DNA from: Eledone cirrhosa
Lineage: Eukaryota
Direction of reading: 5' to 3'
DNA: 64,000 bases
Assembly: GCA_964016885.1 (NCBI GenBank)
Contig: OZ024742.1
Coordinates: forward strand, 284,890,001 to 284,954,000
Position 1 is the stretch's first letter. Every line of letters starts with the position of its first letter. The notes under the pieces are model-generated. The model was not told the origin of the DNA and did no database searches. It saw only the letters and a program-made list of their open reading frames with translations. This document shows, piece after piece, positions 1 through 18,000 of the stretch. The translations under genes and the position numbers were made by a program.

Positions 1-3000
1 GCCACCACCATTACTACAAACACCACCACTGCCTTTACCACAAACACCACCACTGCCATTACCACAAACACCACCACCACCACCACCATTACTACAAACG
101 CCACCACTGCCATTACCACAAACACCACCACCGCCATTACCACCACCACCACCACCACCATTACTACAAACACCACCACCTCCATTACTACAAACACCAC
201 CACCACCATTACTACAAACACCACCACCTCCATTACTACAAACACCACCACTGCCATTACGACAAAAACCACCACCACCACCACCATTACTACAAACACC
301 ACCACTGCCATTACCACAAACACCACCACCGCCATTACCACAAACACCACCACCTCCATTACTACAAACACCACCACCTCCATTACTACAAACACCACCA
401 CCACCATTACTACAAACACCACTACCTCCATTACCACAAACACCACCACTGCCATTACCACAAACACCACCACTGCCATTACTACAAACACCACCACCGC
501 CATTACCACAAACACCACCACCTCCATTACTACAAATACCACCACCACCATTACCACAAACACCACCACCACCATTACCACAAACACCACCACCTCCATT
601 ACCACCACCACCACCACCACCATTACCACAAACACCACCACCACCATTACCACAAACACCACCACCTCCATTACCACCACCACCACCACCACCATTACCA
701 CAAACACCACCACCTCCATTACTACAAACACCACCACCTCCATTACTACAAACACCACCACCACCATTACTACAAACACCACCACCACCATTACCACAAA
801 CACCACCACTGCCATTACTACAAACACCACCACCACCACCATCATTACTACAAACACCACCACTGCCATTACCACAAACACCACCACCACCACCACCATT
901 ACTACAAACACCACCACTGCCATTACCACAAACACCACCACCGCCATTACCACCACCACCACCACCACCATTACTACAATCACCACCACTGCCATTACCA
1001 CAACCACCACCACCACCACCACCATTACTACAAACACCACCACCGCCATTAATACAAACACCACCACCTCCATTACTACAAACACCACCACCACCATTAC
1101 TACAAACACCACCACCTCCATTACTACAAACACCACCACCTCCATTACTACAAACACCACCACCACCATTACTACAAACACCACCACCTCCATTACTACA
1201 AACACCACCACTGCCATTACCACAAACACCACCACCTCCATTACTACAAACACCACCACCTCCATTACTACAAACACCACCACTGCCATTACCACAAACA
1301 CCACCACCTCCATTACTACAAACACCACCACCTCCATTACTACAAACACCACCACTGCCATTACCACAAACACCACCACCTCCATTACTACAAACACCAC
1401 CACCTCCATTACTACAAACACCACTACTGCCATTACCACAAACACCACCACTGCCATTACCACAAACACCACCACTGCCATTACTACAAACACCACCACC
1501 GCCATTACTACAAACACCACCACTGCCATTACTACAAACACCACCACCTCCATTACTACAAACACCCCCACCACCATTACCACAAACACCACCACCTCCA
1601 TTACTACAAACACCACCACCTCCATTACTACAAACACCACCACCACCATTACTACAAACACCACCACCTCCATTACTACAAACACCACCACTGCCATTAC
1701 CACAAACACCACCACTGCCATTACCACAAACACCACCACTGCCATTACTACAAACACCACCACCGCCATTACCACAAACACCACCACCTCCATTACTACA
1801 AACACCACCACTTCCATTACCACAAACACCACCACCTCCATTACTACAAACACCACCACCACCATTACTACAAACACCACCACCACCATTACCACAAACA
1901 CCACCACCACCATTACTACAAACACCACCACTGCCATTACCACAAACACCACCACCACCATTACTGCAAACACCACCACCACCATTACTACAAACACCAC
2001 CACTGCCATTACCACAAACACCACCACTGCCATAACTACAAACACCACCACCGCCACCACCATTACTACAAACACCACCACTGCCATTACTACAAACACC
2101 ACCACCACCATTACTACAAACACCGCCACCACCATTACTACAAACACCACCACTGCCATTACCACAAACACCACCACTGCCATTACCACAAACACCACCA
2201 CCACCACCACCATTACTACAAACACCACCACTGCCATTACCACAAACACCACCACCGCCATTACCACCACCACCACCACCGCCATTACTACAAACACCAC
2301 CACCTCCATTACTACAAACACCACCACCTCCATTACTACAAACACCACCACCACCATTACTACAAACACCACCACCACCATTACCACAAACACCACCACT
2401 GCCATTACTACAAACACCACCACCACCACCACCATTACTACAAACACCACCACTGCCATTACCACAAACACCACCACCGCCATTACCACCACCACCACCA
2501 CCACCATTACTACAAACACCACCACTGCCATTACCACAAACACCACCACCTCCATTACTACAAACACCACCACCTCCATTACTACAAACACCACCACCAC
2601 CATTACTACAAACACCACCACCACCATTACCACAAACACCACCACTGCCATTACTACAAACACCACCACCACCACCACCATTACTACAAACACCACCACT
2701 GCCATTACCACAAACACCACCACCGCCATTACCACCACCACCACCACCACCATTACTACAAACACCACCACTGCCATTACCACAAACACCACCACCACCA
2801 CCACCATTACTACAAACACCACCACTGCCATTACCACAAACACCACCACCGCCATTACCACCACCACCACCACCACCATTACTACAAACACCACCACTGC
2901 CATTACCACAAACACCACCACCACCACCTCCATTACTACAAACACCACCACTGCCATTACGACAAACACCACCACCGCCATTACCACCACCACCACCACC

Positions 3001-6000
3001 ACCATTACTACAAACACCACCACCGCCATTAATACAAACACCACCACCTCCATTACTACAAACACCACCACCACCATTACTACAAACACCACCACCTCCA
3101 TTACTACAAACACCACCACCTCCATTACTACAAACACCACCACCACCATTACTACAAACACCACCACCTCCATTACTACAAACACCACCACTGCCATTAC
3201 CACAAACACCACCACCTCCATTACTACAAACACCACCACCTCCATTACTACAAACACCACCACTGCCATTACCACAAACACCACCACCTCCATTACTACA
3301 AACACCACCACCTCCATTACTACAAACACCACCACTGCCATTACCACAAACACCACCACCTCCATTACTACAAACACGACCACCTCCATTACTACAAACA
3401 CCACCACCACCATTACCACAAACACCACAACCACCATTACTACAAACACCACCACTGCCATTACCACAAACACCACCACCTCCATTACTACAAACACCCC
3501 CACCACCATTACCACAAACACCACCACCTCCATTACTACAAACACCACCACCTCCATTACTACAAACACCACCACCACCATTACTACAAACACCACCACC
3601 TCCATTACTACAAACACCACCACTGCCATTACCACAAACACCACCACTGCCATTACCACATACACCACCACTGCCATTACTACAAACACCACCACCGCCA
3701 TTACCACAAACACCACCACCTCCATTACTACAAACACCACCACTGCCATTACTACAAACACCACCACCACCATTACCACAAACACCACCACCACCATTAC
3801 CACAAACACCACCACCACCATTACTACAAACACCACCACCTCCATTAGTACAAACACCACCACTGCCATTACTACAAACACCACCACCACCATTACCACA
3901 AACACCACCACCACCATTACTACAAACACCACCACCACCATTACTACAAACACCACCACTGCCATTACTACAAACACCACCACCACCATTACCACAAACA
4001 CCACCACCACCATTACCACAAACACCACCACCGCCATTACTACAAACACCACCACCACCATTACCACAAACACCACCACTGCCATTACCACAAACACCAC
4101 CACTGCCATTACTACAAACACCACCACTACCATTACTACAAACACCACCACCGCCATTACCACAAACACCACCACCACCATTACTACAAACGCCACCAGC
4201 ACCATTACTACAAACACCACCACCGCCATTACCACAAACACCACCACCACCACCACCATTACTACAAACACCACCACCACCATTACCACAAACACCACCA
4301 CCGCCATTACCACAAACACCACCACCACGATTACTACAAACACCACCACCACCATTACTACAAACACCACCACCACCATTACCACAAACACCACCACCAC
4401 AATTACTACAAACACCACCACTGCCATTACCACAAACACCACCACCACCATTACTACAAACACCACCACCTCCATTACTACAAACACCACCACCACCATT
4501 ACTACAAACACCACCACCACCATTACCACAAACACCACCACCACCATTACTACAAACACCACCACTGCCATTACCACAAACACCACCACCACCATTACTA
4601 CAAACACCACCACTGCCATTACCACAAACACCACCACTGCCATTACTACAAACACCACCACCGCCACCACCATTACTACAAACACCACCACTGCCATTAC
4701 TACAAACACCACCACCACCATTACTACAAACACCACCACCACCATTACTACAAAAACCGCCACCACCATTACTACAAACACCACCACTGCCATTACCACA
4801 AACACCACCACCGCCATTACCACCTCCACCACCACCACCATTACTACAAACACCACCACTGCCATTACCACAAACACCACCACCACCACCTCCATTACTA
4901 CAAACACCACCACCTCCATTACTACAAACACCACCACCACCATTACTACAAACACCACCACCACCATTACCACAAACACCACCACTGCCATTACTACAAA
5001 CACCACCACCACCACCACCATTACTACAAATACCACCACTGCCATTACCACAAACACCACCACCGCCATTACCACCACCACCACCACCATCATTACTACA
5101 AACACCACCACTGCCATTACCACAAACACCACCACCACCACCACCATTACTACAAACACCACCACTGCCATTACCACAAACACCACCACCGCCATTACCA
5201 CCACCACCACCACCACCATTACTACAAACACCACCACTGCCATTACCACAAACACCACCACCACCACCACCATTACTACAAACACCACCACTGCCATTAC
5301 CACAAACACCACCACCGCCATTACCACCACCACCACCACCACCATTACTACAAACACCACCACCGCCATTAATACAAACACCACCACCTCCATTACTACA
5401 AACACCACCACCACCATTACTACAAACACCACCACCTCCATTACTACAAACACCACCACCTCCATTACTACAAACACCACCACCACCATTACTACAAACA
5501 CCACCACCTCCATTACTACAAACACCACCACTGCCATTACCACAAACACCACCACCTCCATTACTACAAACACCACCACCTCCATTACTACAAACACCAC
5601 CACTGCCATTACCACAAACACCACCACCTCCATTACTACAAACACCACCACCGCCATTAATACAAACACCACCACCTCCATTACCACAAACACCACCACT
5701 GCCATTACCACAAACACCACCACTGCCATTACTACAAACACCACCACCGCCATTACTACAAACACCACCACTGCCATTACTACAAACACCACCACCTCCA
5801 TTACTACAAACACCCCCACCACCATTACCACAAACACCACCACCTCCATTACTACAAACACCACCACCTCCATTACTACAAACACCACCACCACCATTAC
5901 TACAAACACCACCACCTCCATTACTACAAACACCACCACTGCCATTACCACAAACACCACCACTGCCATTACCACAAACACCACCACTGCCATTACTACA

Positions 6001-9000
6001 AACACCACCACCGCCATTACCACAAACACCACCACCTCCATTACTACAAACACCACCACTTCCATTACCACAAACACCACCACCTCCATTACTACGAACA
6101 CCACCACTGCCATTACTACAAACACCACCACCACCATTACCACAAACACCACCACCACCATTACCACAAACACCACCACCACCATTACTACAAACACCAC
6201 CACCTCCATTACTACAAACACCACCACTGCCATTACTACAAACACCACCACCACCATTACCACAAACACCACCACCACCATTACTACAAACACCACCACC
6301 ACCATTACTACAAACACCACCACTGCCATTACTACAAACACCACCACCACCATTACCACAAACACCACCACCACCATTACCACAAACACCACCACCACCA
6401 TTACTACAAACACCACCACCACCATTACCACAAACACCACCACTGCCATTACCACAAACACCACCACTGCCATTACTACAAACACCACCACTGCCATTAC
6501 TACAAACACCACCACCGCCATTACCACAAACACCACCACCACCATTACTACAAACACCACCACCACCATTACTACAAACACCACCACCACCATTATCACA
6601 AACACCACCACCACCACCACCATTACTACAAACACCACCACCACCATTACCACAAACACCACCACCGCCATTACCACAAACACCACCACCACCATTACTA
6701 CAAACACCACCACCACCATTACCACAAACACCACCACCACCATTACCACAAACACCACCACCTCCATTACTACAAACACCACCACCTCCATTACTACAAA
6801 CACCACCACCACCATTACCACAAACACCACCACCTCCATTACTACAAACACCACCACCACCATGACTACAAACACCACCACCACCATTACCACAAACACC
6901 ACCACCACCATTACTACAAACACCACCACTGCCATTACCACAAACACCACCACTGCCATTACTACAAACACCACCACCGCCACCACCATTACTACAAACA
7001 CCACCACTGCCATTACTACAAACACCACCACCACCATTACTACAAACACCACCACCACCATTACTACAAACACCGCCACCACCATTACTACAAACACCAC
7101 CACTGCCATTACCACAAACACCACCACTGCCATTACCACAAACACCACCACCACCACCACCATTACTACAAACACCACCACTGCCATTACCACAAACACC
7201 ACCACCGCCATTACCACCACCACCACCACCACCATTACTACAAACACCACCACCTCCATTACTACAAACACCACCACCACCATTACTACAAACACCACCA
7301 CCTCCATTACTACAAACACCACCACTGCCATTACGACAAACACCACCACCACCACCACCACCATTACTACAAACACCACCACTGCCATTACCACAAACAC
7401 CACCACCGCCATTACCACCACCACCACCACCACCATTACCACAAACACCACCACTGCCATTACTACAAACACCACCGCTGCCATTACTACAAACACCACC
7501 ACCTCCATTACTACAAACACCACCACCACCATTACCACAAACACCACCACCACCATTACTACAAACACCACCACTGCCATTACCACAAACACCACCACCA
7601 CCATTACTGCAAACACCACCACCACCATTACTACAAACACCACCACTGCCATTACCACAAACACCACCACTGCCATTACTACAAACACCACCACCGCCAC
7701 CACCATTACTACAAACACCACCACTGCCATTACTACAAACACCACCACCACCATTACTACAAACACCGCCACCACCATTACTACAAACACCACCACTGCC
7801 ATTACCACAAACACCACCACTGCCATTACCACAAACACCACCACCACCACCACTATTACTACAAACACCACCACTGCCATTACCACAAACACCACCACCG
7901 CCATTACCACCACCACCACAACCACCATTACTACAAACACCACCACTGCCATTACCACAAACACCACCACCGCCATTACCACCACCACCACAACCACCAT
8001 TACTACAAACACCACCACCACCATTACTACAAACACCACCACCTCCATTACTACAAACACCACCACTGCCATTACGACAAACACCACCACCACCACCACC
8101 ACCATTACTACAAACACCACCACTGCCATTACCACAAACACCACCACCGCCATTACCACCACCACCACCACCACCATTACCACAAACACCACCACTGCCA
8201 TTACTACAAACACCACCACCACCATTACTACAAACACCACCACCTCCATTATTACAAACACCACCACCTCCATTACCACAAACACCACCACTGCCATTAC
8301 CACAAACACCACCACTGCCATTACTACAAACACCACCACCGCCATTACCACAAACACCACCACCACCATTACCACAAACACCACCACCTCCATTACTACA
8401 AACACCACCACCACCATTACCACAAACACCAACACCACCATTACCAGAAACACCACCACCTCCATTACCACCACCACCACCACCACCATTACCACCACCA
8501 CCACCACCACCATTACCACAAACACCACCACCTCCATTACCACCACCACCACCACCACCATTACCACAAACACCACCACCTCCATTACTACAAACACCAC
8601 CACCTCCATTACTACAAACACCACCACCATCATTACTACAAACACCACCACCTCCATTACTACAAACACCACCACTGCCATTACCACAAACACCACCGCT
8701 GCCATTACTACAAATACCACCACCACCATTACCACAAACACCACCACCACCATTACTACAAATACCACCACCACCATTACCACAAACACCACCACCTCCA
8801 TTACCACAAACACCACCACTGCCATTACTACAAACACCACCACCTCCATTACTACAAACACCACCACCTCCATTACTACAAACACCACCACCACCATTAC
8901 TACAAACACCACCACCACCATTACCACAAACACCACCACTGCCATTACTACAAACACCACCACCACCACCACCATTACTACAAACACCACCACTGCCATT

Positions 9001-12000
9001 ACCAGAAACACCACCACCGCCATTACCACCACCACCACCACCACCATTACTACAAACACCATCACTGCCATTACCACAAACACCACCACCACCATTACTA
9101 CAAACACCACCACCACCATTACTACAAACACCACCACCACCATTACCACAAACACCACCACTGCCATTACCACAAACACCACCACCACCACCACCATTAC
9201 TACAAACACCACCACTGCCATTACCACAAACACCACCACCGCCATTACCACCACCACCACCACCACCATTACTACAAACACCACCACTGCCATTACCACA
9301 AACACCACCACCACCACCACCATTACTACAAACACCACCACTGCCATTACCACAAACACCACCACCGCCATTACCACCACCACCACCACCACCATTACTA
9401 CAAACACCACCACCGCCATTAATACAAACACCACCACCTCCATTACTACAAACACCACCACCACCATTACTACAAACACCACCACCTCCATTACTACAAA
9501 CACCACCACCACCATTACCACAAACACCACCACCACCATTACCACAAACACCACCACCTCCATTACCACCACCACCACCACCACCATTACCACAAACACC
9601 ACCACCACCATTACCACAAACACCACCACCTCCATTACCACCACCACCACCACCACCATTACCACAAACACCACCACCTCCATTACTACAAACACCACCA
9701 CCACCATTACTACAAACACCACCACCTCCATTACTACAAACACCACCACTGCCATTACCACAAACACCACCGCTGCCATTACTACAAATACCACCACCAC
9801 CATTACCACAAACACCACCACCTCCATTACCACAAACACCACCACTGACATTACTACAAACACCACCACTGCCATTACTACAAACACCACCACCGCCATT
9901 ACCACAAACACCACCACCTCCATTACTACAAACACCACCACCTCCATTACTACAAACACCACCACCTCCATTACTACAAACACCACCACCTCCATTACCA
10001 CAAACACCACCACCTCCATTACCACAAACACCACCACCTCCATTACTACAAACACCACCACCTCCATTACTGCAAACACCACTACCTCCATTACTACAAA
10101 CACCACCACCTCCATTACTACAAACACCACCACCTCCATTACCACAAACACTACCACCTCCATTACAACAAACACCACCACCACCATTACCACAAACACC
10201 ACCACCGCCATTACCACAAACACCACCACTGCCATTACTACAAACACCACCACCACCACCACCATTACTACAAACACCACCACTGCCATTACTACAAACA
10301 CCACCACCACCACCATTACCACAAACACCACCACCGCCATTACCACCACCACCACCACCACCATTACTACAAACACCACCACTGCCATTACCACAAACAC
10401 CACCACCACCACCACCATTACTACAAACACCACCACTGCCATTACCACAAACACCACCACCGCCATTACCACCACCACCACCACCACCATTACTACAAAC
10501 ACCACCACTGCCCTTACCACAAACACCACCACCACCACCACCATTACTACAAACACCACCACTGCCATTACCACAAACACCACCACCGCCATTACCACCA
10601 CCACCACCACCACCATTACTACAAACACCACCACCGCCATTAATACAAACACCACCACCTCCATTACTACAAACACCACCACCACCATTACTACAAACAC
10701 CACCACCTCCATTACTACAAACACCACCACCTCCATTACTACAAACACCACCACCACCATTACTACAAACACCACCACCTCCATTACTACAAACACCACC
10801 ACTGCCATTACCACAAACACCACCACCTCCATTACTACAAACACCACCACCACCATTACTACAAACACCACAACCACCATTACTACAAACACCACCACTG
10901 CCATTACTACAAACACCACAACTGCCATTACCACAAACACCACCACCTCCATTACTACAAACACCACCACCTCCATTACCACAAACACCACAACTGCCAT
11001 TACCACAAACACCACCACCTCCATTACTACAAACACCACCACCACCATTACCACAAACACCACAACCACCATTACTACAAACACCACCACTGCCATTACC
11101 ACAAACACCACCACCTCCATTACTACAAACACCCCCACCACTATTACCACAAACACCACCACCTCCATTACTACAAACACCACCACCTCCATTACTACAA
11201 ACACCACCACCACCATTACTACAAACACCACCACCTCCATTACTACAAACACCACCACTGCCATTACCACAAACACCACCACTGCCATTACCACAAACAC
11301 CACCACTGCCATTACTACAAACACCACCACTGCCATTACCACAAACACCACCACCTCCATTACTACAAACACCACCACTGCCATTACTACAAACACAGCC
11401 ACCACCATTACCACAAACACCACCACCACCATTACCACAAACACCACCACCACCATTACTACAAACACCACCACCTCCATTACTACAAACACCACCACTG
11501 CCATTACTACAAACACCACCACCACCATTACCACAAACACAACCACCACCATTACTACAAACACCACCACTATCATTACTACAAACACCACCACTGCCAT
11601 TACTACAAACACCACCACGACCATTACCACAAACACCACCACCATCATTACCACATACACCACCACCACCATTACTACAAACACCACCACCACCATTACC
11701 ACAAACACCACCACTACCATTACCACAAACACCACCACTGCCATTACTACAAACACCACCACTGCCATTACTACAAACACCACCACCGCCATTACCACAA
11801 ACACCACCACCACCATTACCACAAACACCACCACCACCACCACCATTACTACAAACACCACCACCACCATTACCACAAACACCACCACCGCCATTACCAC
11901 AAACACCACCACCACCATTACTACAAACACCACCACCACCATTACCACAAACACCACCACCACCATTACTATAAACACTCCCACCACCATTACGACAAAC

Positions 12001-15000
12001 ACCACCACCACCATTACTACAAACACCACCACCGCCATTACCACAGACACCACCACCACCATTACTACAAACACCACCACCACCATTACTACAGACACCA
12101 CCACCACCATTACTACAAACACCACCACCACCATTACTACAAACACCACCACCACCATAAACACCACCACCACCACCATTGCCACAAACACCACCACCAC
12201 CATTACTACAAACACCACCACCACCATTACTACAAACACCACCACCACCATTACCACAAACACCACCACCACCACCACCATTACTACAAACACTACCACC
12301 ACCATTACCACAAACACCACCACCACCATTACCACAAACACCACCACCACCATTACTACAAACACCACCACTGCCATTACTACAAACACCACCACTGCCA
12401 TTACTACAAACACCACCACCACCATTACCACAAACACCACCACTGCCATTACTACAAACACCACCACTGCCATTACTACAAACACCACCACCTCCATTAC
12501 TACAAACACCACCACCACCATTACTACAAACACCACCACCTCCATTACTACAAACACCACCACCTCCATTACTACAAACACCACCACCACCATTACCACA
12601 AACACCACCACCACCACCTCCATTACTACAAACACCACCACTGCCATTACTACAAACACCACCACCACCATTACCACCACCACCACCACCACCATTACTA
12701 CAAACACCACCACTGCCATTACCACAAACACCACCACCGCCATTACCACCACCACCACCACCACCATTACCACAGACACCACCACTGCCATTACTACAAA
12801 CACCACCGCTGCCATTACTACAAACACCACCACCTCCATTACTACAAACACCACCACCACCATTACCACAAACACCACCACCACCATTACTACAAACACC
12901 ACCACTGCCATTACCACAAACACCACCACCACCATTACTGCAAACACCACCACCACCATTACTACAAACACCACCACTGCCATTACCACAAACACCACCA
13001 CTGCCATTACTACAAACACCACCACCGCCACCACCATTACTACAAACACCACCACTGCCATTACTACAAACACCACCACCACCATTACTACAAACACCGC
13101 CACCACCATTACTACAAACACCACCACTGCCATTACCACAAACACCACCACTGCCATTACCACAAACACCACCACCACCACCACCATTACTACAAACACC
13201 ACCACTGCCATTACCACAAACACCACCACCGCCATTACCACCACCACCACCACCACCATTACTACAAACACCACCACCTCCATTACTACAAACACCACCA
13301 CCACCATTACTACAAACACCACCACCTCCATTACTACAAACACCACCACTGCCATTACGACAAACACCACCACCACCACCACCACCATTACCACAAACAC
13401 CACCACCGCCATTACCACCACCACCACCACCACCATTACCACAAACACCACCACTGCCATTACTACAAACACCACCACCACCATTACTACAAACACCACC
13501 ACCTCCATTATTACAAACACCACCACTGCCATTACCACAAACACCACCACTGCCATTACTACAAACACCACCACCACCATTACCACAAACACCACCACCA
13601 CCATTACTACAAATACCACCACCACCATTACCACAAACACCACCACCTCCATTACCACAAACACCACCACTGCCATTACTACAAACACCACCACCTCCAT
13701 TACTACAAACACCACCACCTCCATTACTACAAACACCACCACCACCATTACTACAAACACCACCACCACCATTACCACAAACACCACCACTGCCATTACT
13801 ACAAACACCACCACCACCACCACCATTACTACAAACACCACCACTGCCATTACCAGAAACACCACCACCGCCATTACCACCACCACCACCACCACCATTA
13901 CTACAAACACCATCACTGCCATTACCACAAACACCACCACCACCATTACTACAAACACCACCACCACCATTACTACAAACACCACCACCACCATTACCAC
14001 AAACACCACCACTGCCATTACCACAAACACCACCACCACAACCACCATTACTACAAACACCACCACTGCCATTACCACAAACACCACCACCGCCATTACC
14101 ACCACCACCACCACCACCATTACTACAAACACCACCACTGCCATTACCACAAACACCACCACCACCACCACCATTACTACAAACACCACCACTGCCATTA
14201 CCACAAACACCACCACCGCCATTACCACCACCACCACCACCACCATTACTACAAACACCACCACCGCCATTAATACAAACACCACCACCTCCATTACTAC
14301 AAACACCACCACCACCATTACTACAAACACCACCACCTCCATTACTACAAACACCACCACCACCATTACCACAAACACCACCACCACCATTACCACAAAC
14401 ACCACCACCTCCATTACCACCACCACCACCACCACCATTACCACAAACACCACCACCACCATTACCACAAACACCACCACCTCCATTACCACCACCACCA
14501 CCACCACCATTACCACAAACACCACCACCTCCATTACTACAAACACCACCACCACCATTACTACAAACACCACCACCTCCATTACTACAAACACCACCAC
14601 TGCCATTACCACAAACACCACCGCTGCCATTACTACAAATACCACCACCACCATTACCACAAACACCACCACCACCATTACCACACACACCACCACCACC
14701 ATTACTACAAATACCACCACCACCATTACCACAAACACCACCACCTCCATTACCACAAACACCACCACTGCCATTACTACAAATACCACCACTGCCATTA
14801 CTACAAACACCACCACCGCCATTACCACAAACACCACCACCTCCATTACTACAAACACCACCACCTCCATTACTACAAACACCACCACCTCCATTACTAC
14901 AAACACCACCACCTCCATTACCACAAACACCACCACCTCCATTACTACAAACACCACCACCACCATTACCACAAACACCACCACCGCCATTACCACAAAC

Positions 15001-18000
15001 ACCACCACCTCCATTACTACAAACACCACCACCTCCATTACTACAAACACCACCACCTCCATTACTACAAACACCACCACCTCCATTACTACAAACACCA
15101 CCACCTCCATTACCACAAACACCACCACCTCCATTACTACAAACACCACCACCACCATTACCACAAACACCACCACCGCCATTACCACAAACACCACCAC
15201 TGCCATTACTACAAACACCACCACCACCACCACCATTACTACAAACACCACCACTGCCATTACTACAAACACCACCACCACCACCATTACCACAAACACC
15301 ACCACCGCCATTACCACCACCACCACCACCACCATTACTACAAACACCACCACTGCCATTACCACAAACACCACCACCACCACCACCATTACTACAAACA
15401 CCACCACTGCCATTACCACAAACACCACCACCGCCATTACCACCACCACCACCACCACCATTACTACAAACACCACCACTGCCCTTACCACAAACACCAC
15501 CACCACCACCACCATTACTACAAACACCACCACTGCCATTACCACAAACACCACCACCGCCATTACCACCACCACCACCACCACCATTACTACAAACACC
15601 ACCACCGCCATTAATACAAACACCACCACTTCCATTACTACAAACACCACCACCACCATTACTACAAACACCACCACCTCCATTACTACAAACACCACCA
15701 CCTCCATTACTACAAACACCACCACCACCATTACTACAAACACCACCACCTCCATTACTACAAACACCACCACTGCCATTACCACAAACACCACCACCTC
15801 CATTACTACAAACACCACCACCTCCATTACTACAAACACCACAACTGCCATTACCACAAACACCACCACCTCCATTACTACAAACACCACCACCACCATT
15901 ACTACAAACACCACAACCACCATTACTACAAACACCACCACTGCCATTACTACAAACACCACCACCTCCATTACTACAAACACCCCCACCACCATTACCA
16001 CAAACACCACCACCTCCATTACTACAAACACCACAACTGCCATTACCACAAACACCACAACTGCCATTACCACAAACACCACCACCTCCATTACTACAAA
16101 CACCACCACCTCCATTACTACAAACACCACAACTGCCATTACCACAAACACCACAACTGCCATTAACACAAACACCACCACCTCCATTACTACAAACACC
16201 ACCACCACCATTACCACAAACACCACAACCACCATTACTACAAACACCACCACTGCCATTACCACAAACACCACCACCTCCATTACTACAAACACCACCA
16301 CCTCCATTACTACAAACACCACCACCACCATTACTACAAACACCACCACCTCCATTACTACAAACACCACCACTGCCATTACCACAAACACCACCACTGC
16401 CATTACCACAAACACCACCACTGCCATTACTACAAACACCTCCACTGCCATTACCACAAACACCACCACCTCCATTACTACAAACACCACCACTGCCATT
16501 ACTACAAACACAACCACCACCATTACCACAAACACCACCACCACCATTACGACAAACACCACCACCACCATTACTACAAACACCACCACCTCCATTACTA
16601 CAAACACCACCACTGCCATTACTACAAACACCACCACCACCATTACCACAAACACAACCACCACCATTACTACAAACACCACCACTATCATTACTACAAA
16701 CACCACCACTGCCATTACTACAAACACCACCACCACCATTACCACAAACACCACCACCACCATTACCACATACACCACCACCACCATTACTACAAACACC
16801 ACCACCACCATTACCACAAACACCACCACTGCCATTACCACAAACACCACCACTGCCATTACTACAAACACCACCACTGCCATTACTACAAACACCACCA
16901 CCGCCATTACCACAAACACCACCACCACCATTACCACAAACACCACCACCACCACCACCATTACTACAAACACCACCACCACCATTACCACAAACACCAC
17001 CACCGCCATTACCACAAACACCACCACCACCATTACTACAAACACCACCACCACCATTACCACAAACACCACCACCACCATTACTACAAACACTCCCACC
17101 ACCATTACGACAAACACCACCACCACCATTACTACAAACACCACCACCGCCATTACCACAGACACCACCACCACCATTACTACAAACACCACCACCACCA
17201 TTACTACAGACACCACCACCACCATTACTACAAACACCACCACCACCATTACTACAAACACCACCACCACCATAAACACCACCACCACCACCATTGCCAC
17301 AAACACCACCACCACCATTACTACAAACACCACCACCACCATTACTACAAACACCACCACCACCATTACCACAAACACCACCACCACCACCACCATTACT
17401 ACAAACACTACCACCACCATTACCACAAACACCACCACCACCATTACCACAAACACCACCACCACCATTACTACAAACACCACCACTGCCATTACTACAA
17501 ACACCACCACCACCATTACCACAAACACCACCACTGCCATTACTACAAACACCACCACTGCCATTACTACAAACACCACCACCTCCATTACTACAAACAC
17601 CACCACCACCATTACTACAGACACCACCACCTCCATTACTACAAACACCACCACCTCCATTACTACAAACACCACCACCACCATTACCACAAACACCACC
17701 ACCACCACCTCCATTACTACAAACACCACCACTGCCATTACTACAAACACCACCACCACCATTACCACAAACACAACCACCACCATTACTACAAACACCA
17801 CCACCATCATTACTACAAACACCACCACTGCCATTACTACAAACACCACCACCACCATTACCACAAACACCACCACCACCATTACCACATACACCACCAC
17901 CACCATTACTACAAACACCACCACCACCATTACTACAAACACCACCACCACCATTACTACAAACACCACCACCACCATTACCACAAACACCACCACCACC